Positions 51,988 through 61,535 of a DNA stretch of 64,000 bases are shown here, piece after piece. Position 1 is the stretch's first letter. Each line of letters starts with the position of its first letter. The notes below the pieces were generated by a model. The model worked only from the letters and a program-made list of their open reading frames with translations, did not search any database and had not been told where the DNA came from. The stretch is from the IMG/VR virus record IMGVR_UViG_3300042868_002089; one strand, written 5' to 3'. Source of the stretch: an uncultured virus (IMG/VR IMGVR_UViG_3300042868_002089). Lineage: Duplodnaviria; Heunggongvirae; Uroviricota; Caudoviricetes. The translations under genes were made by a program, and so were the position numbers.

Positions 51988-54900
51988 TTAGTCTCCAATG
52001 AGTTTGTGGATAAGGGATTCTAGTTGAGCTACGCGATTTCGTAAATCAACAACTTCTTGGTTTTGCTCTTTTGTAGACTCGATCAGCAGGCCGGCAATGT
52101 TTCCGTAGTCTACCGCCAACAACTCTTGAGTCTCTTCAGTTGATGGGTTGGTGTCTGAAACCAAACGAACAACTTCTGGCAACACCGTTTCAATTTCTTG
52201 CGCAATGACGCCTACACGGCGTTCGGGGTTGCCAATTTTGTTGTAGTAGACACCACGCAATTTTAAAACTTTGGCTAAAGCCGAGTCAATTGTTACGACG
52301 TTTTCTTTGAGGCGAGCATCCGAGTAAGCAGTTACGTTGCCAGTAAAAGTAACATTACCGCCGGAGTCGCACGTCATGACGTTAGTGCCATCAGAACGCC
52401 GAAAAATCATGTTGGAATTAAATTGCAAATACCAATTGTTTGCGTGGTACTGCATCTTGCCTGAAAACTCACCCGTCCATGTGGAGGAGTCAGAACGCCA
52501 ATCTCCTACAGTGCGCAGCGAGTTAGTGCTTGCAGGGTCTAAGTAATAGCCTGTGTTGTTAGCATCGTAAAAAATAGTACCGTCTACGCGACCGTCAAAA
52601 TAACCGCCTTTAACAACATAGATGCCGTAAGCAGAACCTGTAGCTGAAGTGCCAACCCCCATACAGTTGTTGCCAACGCTGTGATAAAGGTACCATCTGC
52701 CTTGAGCTTCGCGGTAAACACCGCCGTTACCAGCGCTATCGTACATCATCCCGTTAACAGCGCTGTGGGAAATATACATACCACTGTACGAATTTTTGCT
52801 GCCGTCTATCTGCAACTGTGTGTACGTGGAACCACCATTTGGGTAAAAATGCGCACCATAGTGGTTTGGCCAATAGATTCCTGCGGAAGTGTCACACTGA
52901 ATCCAACTGTTAGGTCGGAAATACATGTTGCCCGACAACACAATACCGTACAAAAGTGAACTGCCATTTGGGTTTAAATAGTAACCTGTGTCGTTGCTAT
53001 CGTAAAAAATTGGCGCTCTTAAACTACTTGAATGCTGTAACAAAGAACTATTAATATCTACAAAAGTAGCACTAGAATCATTGCTACGCAGATAATAATT
53101 TGACGCATTCATGTAAATAGACGCATCGTTACCCAACCAAAATTTGGTTGCCCCTGAAGGGTCTCTAAATTCAGTCCAAGTAGCACCCCTACTTATAACA
53201 TTAACCCCAGACAGGGATAACACACCACTAGTCAAATTAAGACCATTTAAAACAGAAGTACTTGCGGGGTCTAAATAGAAGCTAGTGTTGTCGCGCTCAT
53301 AAAAAATTGGCGCTCTATAACTGCCGGATGCAAACGAACTACCATCACTGTTAATGCTGCCTAATACTACTGACCAAGCGTAATCTACAACTTCAAAACT
53401 CCTGCCAGAGCTTGATCCACCCCCTAATTGAACAGTAAATGTTCCAGAGCTTCTATCTGATGCCCTTCCCAGCCAAGCTTCCCCCGAGTTTGTCTGCGAG
53501 TTATTAAAAGTGCCTACCTGTATTCTTCCTTGAAAGTTTGCCGAAATTCCATTTGCACCGGGGGCAGGGTCTACATAGAATCCTGTGTTGCTGCTGTCGT
53601 AGAAAATTGGTGCGCGAAAACTGTTATTGGCTGCAGCATAGCCATCTTGCAAAACAAAATAGTTGTTGTACCCATTATTGGAGCTGTTTGGCGAAATGAA
53701 CTGCACGCCATTGCGAAACATGACTTCGCCGCCATTGCCGTTAAACGAACCGCTGGGGTTGGCAATAGGATCAACGTTAAAACAAGGTGTTACGCTCCCG
53801 CTTGTCACACCATAAATGATTGTGCCGTATCCGGACGAATAACCATAATAACTACCTCTAGCGGCGTTTACAAACCCGGGAGAACCAGCGGGTACATTGA
53901 TACCGTTTAAGTTTGATGTGCTTGCCGGGTCTACGTAATACGCAGTGTTGTTGCTGTCGTAGAAGATTGGTGCACGATACGAACCTATTGATTCTGAGTA
54001 GCTGCTGTATACTGATTGAACTTCACTGCCGTTTACAGCCAGCGCCAGTCGGTGATTTGACATCGTGCCGACAAAGCCTCGGTTTTGACCGTTGTGGCTG
54101 TACATGGTGGTGATAATTCCGTCACCGGCGGCTCGTACATCAAGCCGTGCGTGAGGAGTTCCGCCTACATTCAGTCGCGCTCCCCAGCTACCATCATCAC
54201 TGCCATAGTTGCCACCAATACCGACAAATGCTGCAAAAGAACCAGAGGTAGCGCCAGCGGGGTTTACGTAGTACGCAGTGTTGTCGCTGTCGTAGAAAAT
54301 TGGTGCGCGTAGTGATCCGCCTGCTTGTGTAAACCCGCCGTCATCAGACAGATAAACAACGCCATAAGATGTTGCAGGTGCTGTTGGAGCGCCTGCTCTT
54401 AGGTATAAATCTCCACCCGCAAGCCCCCCACCGTTATCAGAATTACCCGCTTTAACAATTAAATTTCGACCAAACCCCGTACCTTTTGTGGCAGGTGTTG
54501 CGCCCCCGGAGCCGATGATACTGATAGTCCAAGGGCCGGCTTCATTGGTACTTGAGCCAAAATTAATGTTTGCGCTTTGGGCAAATGAAAGACTGCCCGT
54601 CATTGTGCCCCCACTCAAAGGTAAATAACCCGAAACAGACCCAGCGGACCCCGTGATGTTAATATTCCAAGTACCTGAAGCACCGGAACCGGTTAGAGAA
54701 GGGGCGTAGGAGGTGTAGTTGGCAGCAGACAAAACCTGCGAACCGCCAATTGTCAGGTTGCTAAAGTTTGTTTGAGATGTTGTCGCAGCATTCCCAGTAA
54801 TATTAATACCCCAAGTCCCGCTTGCGCCTGAACCTGTTGTTGAGGGGACATCTAAACTTGTACGCGCACCCGATGCCGTGGTTGCTGCTGTGCCGCCCGC

Positions 54901-55848
54901 AGTTAAAGGCAAAGTGCCAGATGTCAGTGTTGAAGAGCTGTTAGCGTAGACTGCGCCGCCGCTTGTGTAGCTTGTAAGGCCCGTGCCGCCGTAGCCTGTT
55001 TGGATTGTTCCGCCCTGCCATGTGCCGCCAGAGATAATTGACGTGCCAAGATTAAAAGCGTTCGTGCCAAAAGTTACGCCTTCCGGGAGATACGCATGAA
55101 GGTCCCAAGTTCCGCCAGTCGTGCTGTTGAGTGTTAAAAAGACTGCAACTGCGCCGCCACTAGGAACAGTTCCAATAGTGGTACCCGCAAAATTTGCAAG
55201 AGTTAGTGTGCCTGTTGCTAGGTTGTTAAAAACAAACGCTACCCCGGTTGTCAGAGTGGTTGCATCAGGCAGCGTGTAAGTCTGGCCGCCAGTCCCAACA
55301 AGAGTATGGATATAGCTTGATGCCGCCGTCAATGCCGTTGTTCCGCCAGCAGCAGTTGTGTTTGTGTTTGATTGGTTTACTCTGTTGACCGCAATGTTTT
55401 GATTGCTATCACGCAGCACCACAGAGTTTGCGCCAGAAGAAGCGGTTACACCTGTGCCACCATAAGCCACACCAACGGTTGAGCCTTGCCATACACCAGA
55501 AGACACTGTGCCCAGAGGACTAACGTTGCCGCTCTCGTTTAAGTTAACTGACTTACCTGCGGGGTATGTCAGGAACACGCTCTTGGTCCCAGCCGCCAAA
55601 GTAATTGGCGAAGTGTTGCCATTGGAGTTAGACAGAACAGTTGTACGCGCAAGCGTAGGGCCAGACGTAGAGTACGTACCAGTGCCTACTTCCCATGCAG
55701 AACCGTCTACGATGGTGTAGTAGCAAGTATTCCCATTGCCAACGACGGCAAACGACTGAAAGCCGGGGACAGCACCAGCCAGCGTTACCGAGCCAGTGCC
55801 TGTTGTTGTCGTTGTTTCCTGTACGCGATCAAAAAGTGCCAGAGCCAT
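51988..55848 (-). CDS. Long tail fibre with peptidase S74 chaperone domain
   Basis: DRVQETTTTTGTG anchor; six RAPIFYD-type junction repeats; AYSDARLKEN...GVIAQE...VDYG. Confidence 0.9.
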   Translation of the reverse strand: MALALFDRVQETTTTTGTGSVTLAGAVPGFQSFAVVGNGNTCYYTIVDGSAWEVGTGTYSTSGPTLARTTVLSNSNGNTSPITLAAGTKSVFLTYPAGKSVNLNESGNVSPLGTVSSGVWQGSTVGVAYGGTGVTASSGANSVVLRDSNQNIAVNRVNQSNTNTTAAGGTTALTAASSYIHTLVGTGGQTYTLPDATTLTTGVAFVFNNLATGTLTLANFAGTTIGTVPSGGAVAVFLTLNSTTGGTWDLHAYLPEGVTFGTNAFNLGTSIISGGTWQGGTIQTGYGGTGLTSYTSGGAVYANSSSTLTSGTLPLTAGGTAATTASGARTSLDVPSTTGSGASGTWGINITGNAATTSQTNFSNLTIGGSQVLSAANYTSYAPSLTGSGASGTWNINITGSAGSVSGYLPLSGGTMTGSLSFAQSANINFGSSTNEAGPWTISIIGSGGATPATKGTGFGRNLIVKAGNSDNGGGLAGGDLYLRAGAPTAPATSYGVVYLSDDGGFTQAGGSLRAPIFYDSDNTAYYVNPAGATSGSFAAFVGIGGNYGSDDGSWGARLNVGGTPHARLDVRAAGDGIITTMYSHNGQNRGFVGTMSNHRLALAVNGSEVQSVYSSYSESIGSYRAPIFYDSNNTAYYVDPASTSNLNGINVPAGSPGFVNAARGSYYGYSSGYGTIIYGVTSGSVTPCFNVDPIANPSGSFNGNGGEVMFRNGVQFISPNSSNNGYNNYFVLQDGYAAANNSFRAPIFYDSSNTGFYVDPAPGANGISANFQGRIQVGTFNNSQTNSGEAWLGRASDRSSGTFTVQLGGGSSSGRSFEVVDYAWSVVLGSINSDGSSFASGSYRAPIFYERDNTSFYLDPASTSVLNGLNLTSGVLSLSGVNVISRGATWTEFRDPSGATKFWLGNDASIYMNASNYYLRSNDSSATFVDINSSLLQHSSSLRAPIFYDSNDTGYYLNPNGSSLLYGIVLSGNMYFRPNSWIQCDTSAGIYWPNHYGAHFYPNGGSTYTQLQIDGSKNSYSGMYISHSAVNGMMYDSAGNGGVYREAQGRWYLYHSVGNNCMGVGTSATGSAYGIYVVKGGYFDGRVDGTIFYDANNTGYYLDPASTNSLRTVGDWRSDSSTWTGEFSGKMQYHANNWYLQFNSNMIFRRSDGTNVMTCDSGGNVTFTGNVTAYSDARLKENVVTIDSALAKVLKLRGVYYNKIGNPERRVGVIAQEIETVLPEVVRLVSDTNPSTEETQELLAVDYGNIAGLLIESTKEQNQEVVDLRNRVAQLESLIHKLIGD

Positions 55849-55851
55849 GTT

Positions 55852-56319
55852 CTATCCTTCGTACTTTATTGCTTTGCTGCGGTTGGCCTGCATTTTAATG
55901 ACCTGCAAATTATTTGCCACATGTAATCCACAAACCTTTTTGCCTTGAAGAGGAACCGCATGGTCAACTTCGTATTTAACACCTGTCACTTGTGACATAA
56001 AAGCTGCTTCAGCATAAATTCTATTTATTGCTTGCATGTCTGCCCATGCTGGTGTTGCACTAAGTATAGTGGCTCTACGCTTTGCGCGATACAAACGTTT
56101 TTTACCGCGATTGTTTTTTGCCCATTCAGATGCTTGTATGAGCGTTAACTCTTTGTTGTCTTCGTAGTGTTTTTTTCTATACTCAACTCGGCACATTTTG
56201 CACGTTGTGTTTACTCCGTGCTTACCAGTAGGGTGCTTAGCAAAATAAGAAAGCTGCTTAACCTCGCCGCATTTGTAACAACGCTGCGTAATTTCTGAGG
56301 AGAGGTCAAGCAGAGTCAC
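55852..56319 (-). CDS. Free-standing HNH (homing) endonuclease
   Basis: CYKC...CKMC Zn finger, ATPAWAD, EVDHAVPLQG..VCGLHV..NL....NRSK; AT-richer than neighbours. Confidence 0.85.
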   Translation of the reverse strand: MTLLDLSSEITQRCYKCGEVKQLSYFAKHPTGKHGVNTTCKMCRVEYRKKHYEDNKELTLIQASEWAKNNRGKKRLYRAKRRATILSATPAWADMQAINRIYAEAAFMSQVTGVKYEVDHAVPLQGKKVCGLHVANNLQVIKMQANRSKAIKYEG

Positions 56320-56332
56320 TCAAGACTCCAAT

Positions 56333-56935
56333 TTAGCTTGTTGCAGTGGTGCTGTATGTAACTGAAACAGTATCGCCAGCGGTGGTAACTTTAGCAGTGG
56401 CAAACGCGCCAGCGCTATACAGAGTACCAGAAGTATTGCCTTGTGTCGTAGACGCGCCTGAACCTGTCACCAAGAAGCAACCGCCAACTGTACCGCCGCC
56501 ACCTGTAATGGTGTAGGTAATAGCCGTAGCAGTCTTTGTGGTCACGTTGGTTGGCGTTGTGCCAGTCGAAGTTGCAGAAGCAAACACAGCCGTGCCGCGC
56601 ACTGCTGAGCCGCCCACAGTGTAGTTCGTGAACTCCGTCCATGTTTTTGAAGACATGGTGTCAGCGGCGGCAAAAGTCAAACCTGTACCAGAAATCAAAC
56701 CAAGGTATGGTCCGACTGTGGTGTAAGAAACGCCAGACAACAATGTGTCAAGCATCAACTGTTTACCAACGGCGTTGACCAGATTGGGGAAGCCTTCTTC
56801 CCATTTGATGTTGCCATCAGCATCGCGGCAGACTACGTGGTAGACGCCTTCAATGCCAACAGTCTCGGAGCCTGTGACGTTTGACTGCATGCTGATTTGC
56901 GCATTGTCGCCAAAGCTAGAAAATTCTTTAGTCAT
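56333..56935 (-). CDS. Virion structural (tail) protein
   Basis: T/G-rich 200 aa; NLVN.VGK, GTLYSAG.F, GDTVSVTY. Confidence 0.7.
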   Translation of the reverse strand: MTKEFSSFGDNAQISMQSNVTGSETVGIEGVYHVVCRDADGNIKWEEGFPNLVNAVGKQLMLDTLLSGVSYTTVGPYLGLISGTGLTFAAADTMSSKTWTEFTNYTVGGSAVRGTAVFASATSTGTTPTNVTTKTATAITYTITGGGGTVGGCFLVTGSGASTTQGNTSGTLYSAGAFATAKVTTAGDTVSVTYSTTATS

Positions 56936-56944
56936 GATAAGTCC

Positions 56945-57391
56945 TTAAGAGATGCGCACGATGGCACTGTTGGCATCGGAAGCAGGGAAAATGATCTGGA
57001 AGGTGTCATTGCTGACAGTCTTGTCTGCGCCAAAATCTAACACAGCCACAGATTTGTTACCTTGGCTGACATTGTAAATTAGCGCACCACGACATGTAAA
57101 TGACGCATTTGCCCAGCTTGTGTTGGCAAACGAGATATATGCAGTTGGCACGTACCCTGTGTTGTTGCCTGAAGTTGGTGATGTGGAGATTGTCAGCGTG
57201 TTGCCACCAGCGGAGTAGCCCGTACCCACCACTTCGCCACTTGTTGTGTACACAGTTGTGTCGGGTCCGATGTTGGCCGCGCCTGTGTACAGGGCAAGCT
57301 TAAAAGTGTTAGGTGACGTAGGGCCAAAGTTGTGGATTGCTTGAAGCAGCTCCACCCGAAAGCTTGTAGTCGTGGTTTGCGCAATTGACAT
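56945..57391 (-). CDS. Virion structural (tail) protein
   Basis: FKLALYT, GYSAGG, GALIYN, VLDFG. Confidence 0.7.
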   Translation of the reverse strand: MSIAQTTTTSFRVELLQAIHNFGPTSPNTFKLALYTGAANIGPDTTVYTTSGEVVGTGYSAGGNTLTISTSPTSGNNTGYVPTAYISFANTSWANASFTCRGALIYNVSQGNKSVAVLDFGADKTVSNDTFQIIFPASDANSAIVRIS

Positions 57392-57392
57392 G

Positions 57393-58085
57393 TCACATTA
57401 CCTTCTGACGGTATTGGCCAGAGCGGTACGCGTCTTGACGCTCCATACCATCGCCCAGACGTTTTGCCAACATCAGCGCTTCCTGATACTTGGTGTTGTA
57501 CATTGTCATCATGTCCGCTTCACCCTTCATGTAGGTGTAGGCTTCCACCAAAGAACCGTACAAAAGCACTGAGTCAAAGTTATCACCCAACCATGTCTGG
57601 CCGCCTGCCGCAGTCGTAATGGACTCAGGGTAGTAGTAATAGTGCAACTCGACGTTGTACTCTTGGTTGGGGGTCGGGCCAATGATAAACGTCAGCTCAT
57701 TAGAAATTGTGGCACCAGTCACAGTGGGACCAAACAACGCGTAATACTTTGGTACGCCCTTATCATCAGGTACAGGGTACGCTTGACGGATAAAGTTCAC
57801 GTCCTTGTTCAACAAGTACTCGTACGTGCCGGTGTTCAGGTCATTAGCTGTCACGTCCGTAATCACCGCCAAGGAATATGTGGCCAAGTAGTCAGTCGGT
57901 GCAGACAGGTACTTGTTGTTGGCGGCAATCACGCCCGTCATGTTTTTACGCAATGACGGGAACTGGACGGTGTTGTAAATACGCTGCTCAGCTTGCTGAA
58001 CGAACACGGGTATCTGAGCAATAAAGCTTGCTTCGGTATTTTCCGTGTACGCCTGAATAGCGTTGCTGAGTTGCGTATAGTTCAT
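57393..58085 (-). CDS. Head-tail adaptor-like protein
   Basis: MNYTQL..AIQAY, AEQRI, PKYYA, LLYGSLVEAY. Confidence 0.7.
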   Translation of the reverse strand: MNYTQLSNAIQAYTENTEASFIAQIPVFVQQAEQRIYNTVQFPSLRKNMTGVIAANNKYLSAPTDYLATYSLAVITDVTANDLNTGTYEYLLNKDVNFIRQAYPVPDDKGVPKYYALFGPTVTGATISNELTFIIGPTPNQEYNVELHYYYYPESITTAAGGQTWLGDNFDSVLLYGSLVEAYTYMKGEADMMTMYNTKYQEALMLAKRLGDGMERQDAYRSGQYRQKVM

Positions 58086-58279
58086 GCCATCGGACCTCGG
58101 GCCATTGTGCCTTTAGTAGCGCATCCAGTACCGCGAATCTTGATGCCAGAAGTCTTCACGCCGTCGTAGGGGTTGCTACGCTCATTGGCAATAGACATGT
58201 TGGCCTTCAAAGCTTCTTTAACAGGCATCTGACCAACAACAACGGTTGGTTCTTTCTTTGGTTGTCTGTATGTAGCCAT
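58082..58279 (-). CDS. Small basic protein
   Basis: MATYRQ...RGTGCATKG; RBS GGAGG. Confidence 0.7.
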   Translation of the reverse strand: MATYRQPKKEPTVVVGQMPVKEALKANMSIANERSNPYDGVKTSGIKIRGTGCATKGTMARGPMA

Positions 58280-58280
58280 C

Positions 58281-58472
58281 TTAACCTCCACGACCAACAG
58301 AGCGCTGGTTCATGACCTTGGCCATGTTGCGGCCATACTTAAGCATGTCGCTGTTAGTCTTACCACCAGCTTTGAGCTTAGTAGGCTTTTTACCGGGGTG
58401 CATGTTTTTCTCATGCTTGCCAACGGCAGACTTAATCATCTTCTTGTCTTGGGCTAAATCTTTTTTGTCCAT
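58281..58472 (-). CDS. Small basic protein
   Basis: K-rich; KHEKNMH; LKAGG. Confidence 0.7.
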   Translation of the reverse strand: MDKKDLAQDKKMIKSAVGKHEKNMHPGKKPTKLKAGGKTNSDMLKYGRNMAKVMNQRSVGRGG

Positions 58473-58473
58473 G

Positions 58474-58905
58474 TCAGACTCCTATCTGTATCGTTACTGT
58501 ACCAACTTGTGCTGCCATTGCCAAGTCATTTGGCGTTAAAGCAGTGTCAAAAACTCTGGCTCCCCCAACAGGATTCCAGCCCCACTGAAAAACCCTGCTA
58601 CCTTCAGACGGTAGCCCTGCCGCATCTTTGCCTGAACTGTTGGTCAGAACAATCTGCAAGCCCGTGTTACCAGACTGATAGTAGCTCACGTCAGGACGCG
58701 GATCACGCACACCTTGCGGGTCATCCACCGGATACATACCCAACTGCAACTGCGGCTGGTCAGGGTCCCAACATGTTTTGCAAACCAAGAGATTGTAGTT
58801 CTTGGTTTTGATAATTTCTTTACGTAATTCGTGCAGCTTAAAGCGAAACCCACAGCGGTCACATTCCGCAATGGAGTTCTTGCCGGACGAAAACCGGTTT
58901 CCCAT
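58474..58905 (-). CDS. Zn-finger conserved phage protein
   Basis: CDRCG...VCKTCWD..QPQL...DPQ....RPD. Confidence 0.75.
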   Translation of the reverse strand: MGNRFSSGKNSIAECDRCGFRFKLHELRKEIIKTKNYNLLVCKTCWDPDQPQLQLGMYPVDDPQGVRDPRPDVSYYQSGNTGLQIVLTNSSGKDAAGLPSEGSRVFQWGWNPVGGARVFDTALTPNDLAMAAQVGTVTIQIGV

Positions 58906-59853
58906 TTACGTGCCGCTTCCAATGTACTGTTGACGAGGCACAAAGCGTACTGCCGCCTTTTCTTGGTCTTCGCCTGCGGCTCTGTCCCAAGCTTCGTCAT
59001 ATTGTTGCTTCAAAACATCAAGGCGCTGTAAACCCTCGGGCACTTTGAGCGCGATGTAGTAAGCCAGACCTGCGGCCAAGCAGGGCACAAAACGGAAAGG
59101 CACATCCATAGTCTTAGTGCCGCCACCAGCGTCTTGAATACGGCGCATGCGCCAGTAGACGAACTGATACGTTGTGCCGGGGTTAGGGGTTGGCCACACA
59201 GTGATACTGTTCTTCTGAACCAAGCTCATGGCCGCGCCAGTTGTGTGGCTAGCCGCAGTTGTGCCGTCCTGCCCACGCGTGCAGTTGAGCAAGTACGCAG
59301 GTGTAGCGCCACTAGCTGGGGTTGTCTCGTTGTATCCAATCAACTCTGCGCCAATCTGGATGAAACCAGCAGTTGGCACGCCCACCAAAGAGGTGATTGG
59401 AATAGTTGTGGCGGTTGCATTGATGGTCGACTGGACTGTGCCAACCAAAACGCTGGAGTTACCCGTCAAACGCTGTACCCAAACCTGAATAGGACGGCCT
59501 TGGATCAATTTATTTGGGATGGTGGCATACGTGGGCATGCTGATCCGCGTAATCGTCAGGTCGGCCTGATTATTGGCTACGTTGGCGTTTGTTCGGATGA
59601 CATGGTCAAGCAAGTCAACAGTGTCGTCCGGGATTGCGTACGTTGGCTGGCCAGTCACAAGCGTGATGGTGTTTTGCTCAAACGTCCACATGTTCACGCC
59701 ACGGTTTGCCCAGTCAGCAAACAGTAAGTTAAGCGATCGACGGGCAGTGCGCAAGTCATAGCCCGTGCGGAGTTCAGAACCCGCCCGTTCAAAAGCCTCC
59801 TCAACCATGTCGTTGAGGTCGAGGTTAAACGAGGTGAGTCCTGAAGTAGTCAT
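58906..59853 (-). CDS. Head-tail connector / tail adaptor protein
   Basis: EEAFER.G, ARRSLNL, WANRG.N.W, VPFRF.PCL.AGLAYY. Confidence 0.7.
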   Translation of the reverse strand: MTTSGLTSFNLDLNDMVEEAFERAGSELRTGYDLRTARRSLNLLFADWANRGVNMWTFEQNTITLVTGQPTYAIPDDTVDLLDHVIRTNANVANNQADLTITRISMPTYATIPNKLIQGRPIQVWVQRLTGNSSVLVGTVQSTINATATTIPITSLVGVPTAGFIQIGAELIGYNETTPASGATPAYLLNCTRGQDGTTAASHTTGAAMSLVQKNSITVWPTPNPGTTYQFVYWRMRRIQDAGGGTKTMDVPFRFVPCLAAGLAYYIALKVPEGLQRLDVLKQQYDEAWDRAAGEDQEKAAVRFVPRQQYIGSGT

Positions 59854-60083
59854 CTAAATCCTGCCGTTTTCTTTGCAATCGTTTTAGGTTGCGCTACGAA
59901 TTGTTTTCCGGCTTTTTTGCCCGCACGTTTCGCACGCGTTGTCGCAGCGTACTCAGCAGGACTGAGGCTTTTAATCGCAGCACTAGGAAGGTATCGCTCA
60001 CCCGTGTCAGAAGATTTCTTACCACTTTTGGTTCTCCATTTCTGGTCGCCCCAGTCCTTCAATGATTTCTGAGGCGCTTTCAA
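59850..60083 (-). CDS. Small basic conserved phage protein
   Basis: SLKDW..QKWRTKSGK...GERYLP. Confidence 0.75.
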   Translation of the reverse strand: MKAPQKSLKDWGDQKWRTKSGKKSSDTGERYLPSAAIKSLSPAEYAATTRAKRAGKKAGKQFVAQPKTIAKKTAGFR

Positions 60084-60355
60084 TCTCGGTAACCCCCGCC
60101 AGCCGCCTTGTACTTCTTGGCAACTAGCTGAGCTTTACGAGCCGACCACTGGCCTGCGCCAGTGCCGTGGGTGGCCGCGGCTTTTACTTGAGACACAATC
60201 TTCTTGCGAAGACCGGGCTTTGTGTAATTGCCTGCGGCGTTAACCTTCCCACCCTCTTTGTATTGGGTGAAGTCAGTATCGTCCCGTCGGGCTTTCTTAA
60301 CGCCCTTGGGCATTTTAGAGGGGGCAATATCCCCCATCCCACGGCTGGCCATCAT
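60080..60355 (-). CDS. Small basic conserved phage protein
   Basis: NYTKP.LRK...GQWSARKAQ...YK..GGGY. Confidence 0.75.
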   Translation of the reverse strand: MMASRGMGDIAPSKMPKGVKKARRDDTDFTQYKEGGKVNAAGNYTKPGLRKKIVSQVKAAATHGTGAGQWSARKAQLVAKKYKAAGGGYRD

Positions 60356-60358
60356 GAT

Positions 60359-60781
60359 TTAGCAGGCCTTGCCGCCCATGTTCATCTTCTTGGTCATGCC
60401 GCCCTTTTTCATACCCAAGGGGGTGCTGCCCTTCATAGAGACCATAGTGCCTTTGGTCTTGCCTTTAGAAGCAATACCGTCACGGCTAGGAGCCGCTGTA
60501 CGCACTGAACCCATTTTGGCAGTAGTGATGCCGTTGTTTTTACGTGTAGCCATGATAGATCCACCTTCTTTAAAAAGAGCCATTTTCCCGTGATCGGTTT
60601 TAGCTCGGTTTGCCTTCTGAATATCTGGACGGGTTCTCCCGCCAGAGCCAAACTTCTTGCCCTTGTCCGCTTCGTTGAAATCTTTCCCAACGCTTTGCGG
60701 AACTCCCACCTTCTTGGCAAACGCAGGACTGTGCGCTATCGCCGCCATGAAGTTGTGCTGCTTTTTACTCGTCGACGGCAT
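60359..60781 (-). CDS. Basic conserved phage protein
   Basis: Start MPSTSKKQHNFM; multiple xxxGG motifs. Confidence 0.75.
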   Translation of the reverse strand: MPSTSKKQHNFMAAIAHSPAFAKKVGVPQSVGKDFNEADKGKKFGSGGRTRPDIQKANRAKTDHGKMALFKEGGSIMATRKNNGITTAKMGSVRTAAPSRDGIASKGKTKGTMVSMKGSTPLGMKKGGMTKKMNMGGKAC

Positions 60782-60959
60782 TTTTAGCCTTAGTACGATT
60801 GGTCGCTTCACGAACAGTATCAGACTCCCAGATACGAAGACCAAGGTAGATGATAGTGAACAGAGAAGCCAAAGGCGGCAACCACGTCGCCATAACGCCA
60901 ACAGTTGTTAAGACTGCTGCGCCATCTGCAACTGCTTTAGCTGTGTCGTGTTGAGTCAT
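60765..60959 (-). CDS. Small membrane protein (holin-like)
   Basis: WLPPLASLFTIIYLGLRIWE hydrophobic segment. Confidence 0.65.
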   Translation of the reverse strand: MTQHDTAKAVADGAAVLTTVGVMATWLPPLASLFTIIYLGLRIWESDTVREATNRTKAKNAVDE

Positions 60960-60960
60960 A

Positions 60961-61215
60961 TCAGCAATTCCAAGCCCGAAGGCTTTTGTTGATTCTGGAG
61001 TTCGGGTCTTTCTTGGCCTTCTCTCCGGTCAGCTTCTTCTTCATGCCTTCCATACGGGCGCAAAAAGAGTCGCGGCGTTTGCCGCCCTCTGGTTGAGGAC
61101 GCTTCAAGCCCGGCTTGCCGGGGTTTGCCTTGTTGTACGAGGCCCGTCCCTTGGCGTTCAAGCCGCCCTTCTCGGACTTCCCCTCTTTGCGTTGCCATGC
61201 TGGTGACTTAGCCAT
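60961..61215 (-). CDS. Small basic conserved phage protein
   Basis: GGLNAKGR...RRDSFCARM...SRINKSLRAWNC. Confidence 0.8.
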   Translation of the reverse strand: MAKSPAWQRKEGKSEKGGLNAKGRASYNKANPGKPGLKRPQPEGGKRRDSFCARMEGMKKKLTGEKAKKDPNSRINKSLRAWNC

Positions 61216-61492
61216 AAAACACCGTCACTTTAGCGCCGGTCGGCACTGTTACGTGCACATCGGTATAAAACAAGATGCCCTCGCCGGGAATCAAGTTCGA
61301 AAACGGATTGTTGGTGTTTGCAGGGATATTGAACTGCAAGCGGATAGTGCCAGAAGCACCGCCGTCACGGAAAATAATATCGCCAGCAGTACCGCCAGAC
61401 AGGCATTGGTAGCCTTTAACACGTGTGCGTCCAGACTCCATCGTGCCAGTAGCTTCGATGTGCGAGGACTTTACGTCGGTTTGCATTGTCAT
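61208..61492 (-). CDS. Virion protein
   Basis: MQTDVK...IPGEGILF...TVFYG; RBS AAGGAG. Confidence 0.75.
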   Translation of the reverse strand: MTMQTDVKSSHIEATGTMESGRTRVKGYQCLSGGTAGDIIFRDGGASGTIRLQFNIPANTNNPFSNLIPGEGILFYTDVHVTVPTGAKVTVFYG

Positions 61493-61535
61493 AATCAAGC
61501 TCCTTTAAAAACGGGGCCGAAGCCCCACGGGTTGA

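Noticed and set aside
51988..55848. Diversity-generating retroelement target
   Set aside because: No reverse transcriptase and no adenine-specific TR/VR pair seen
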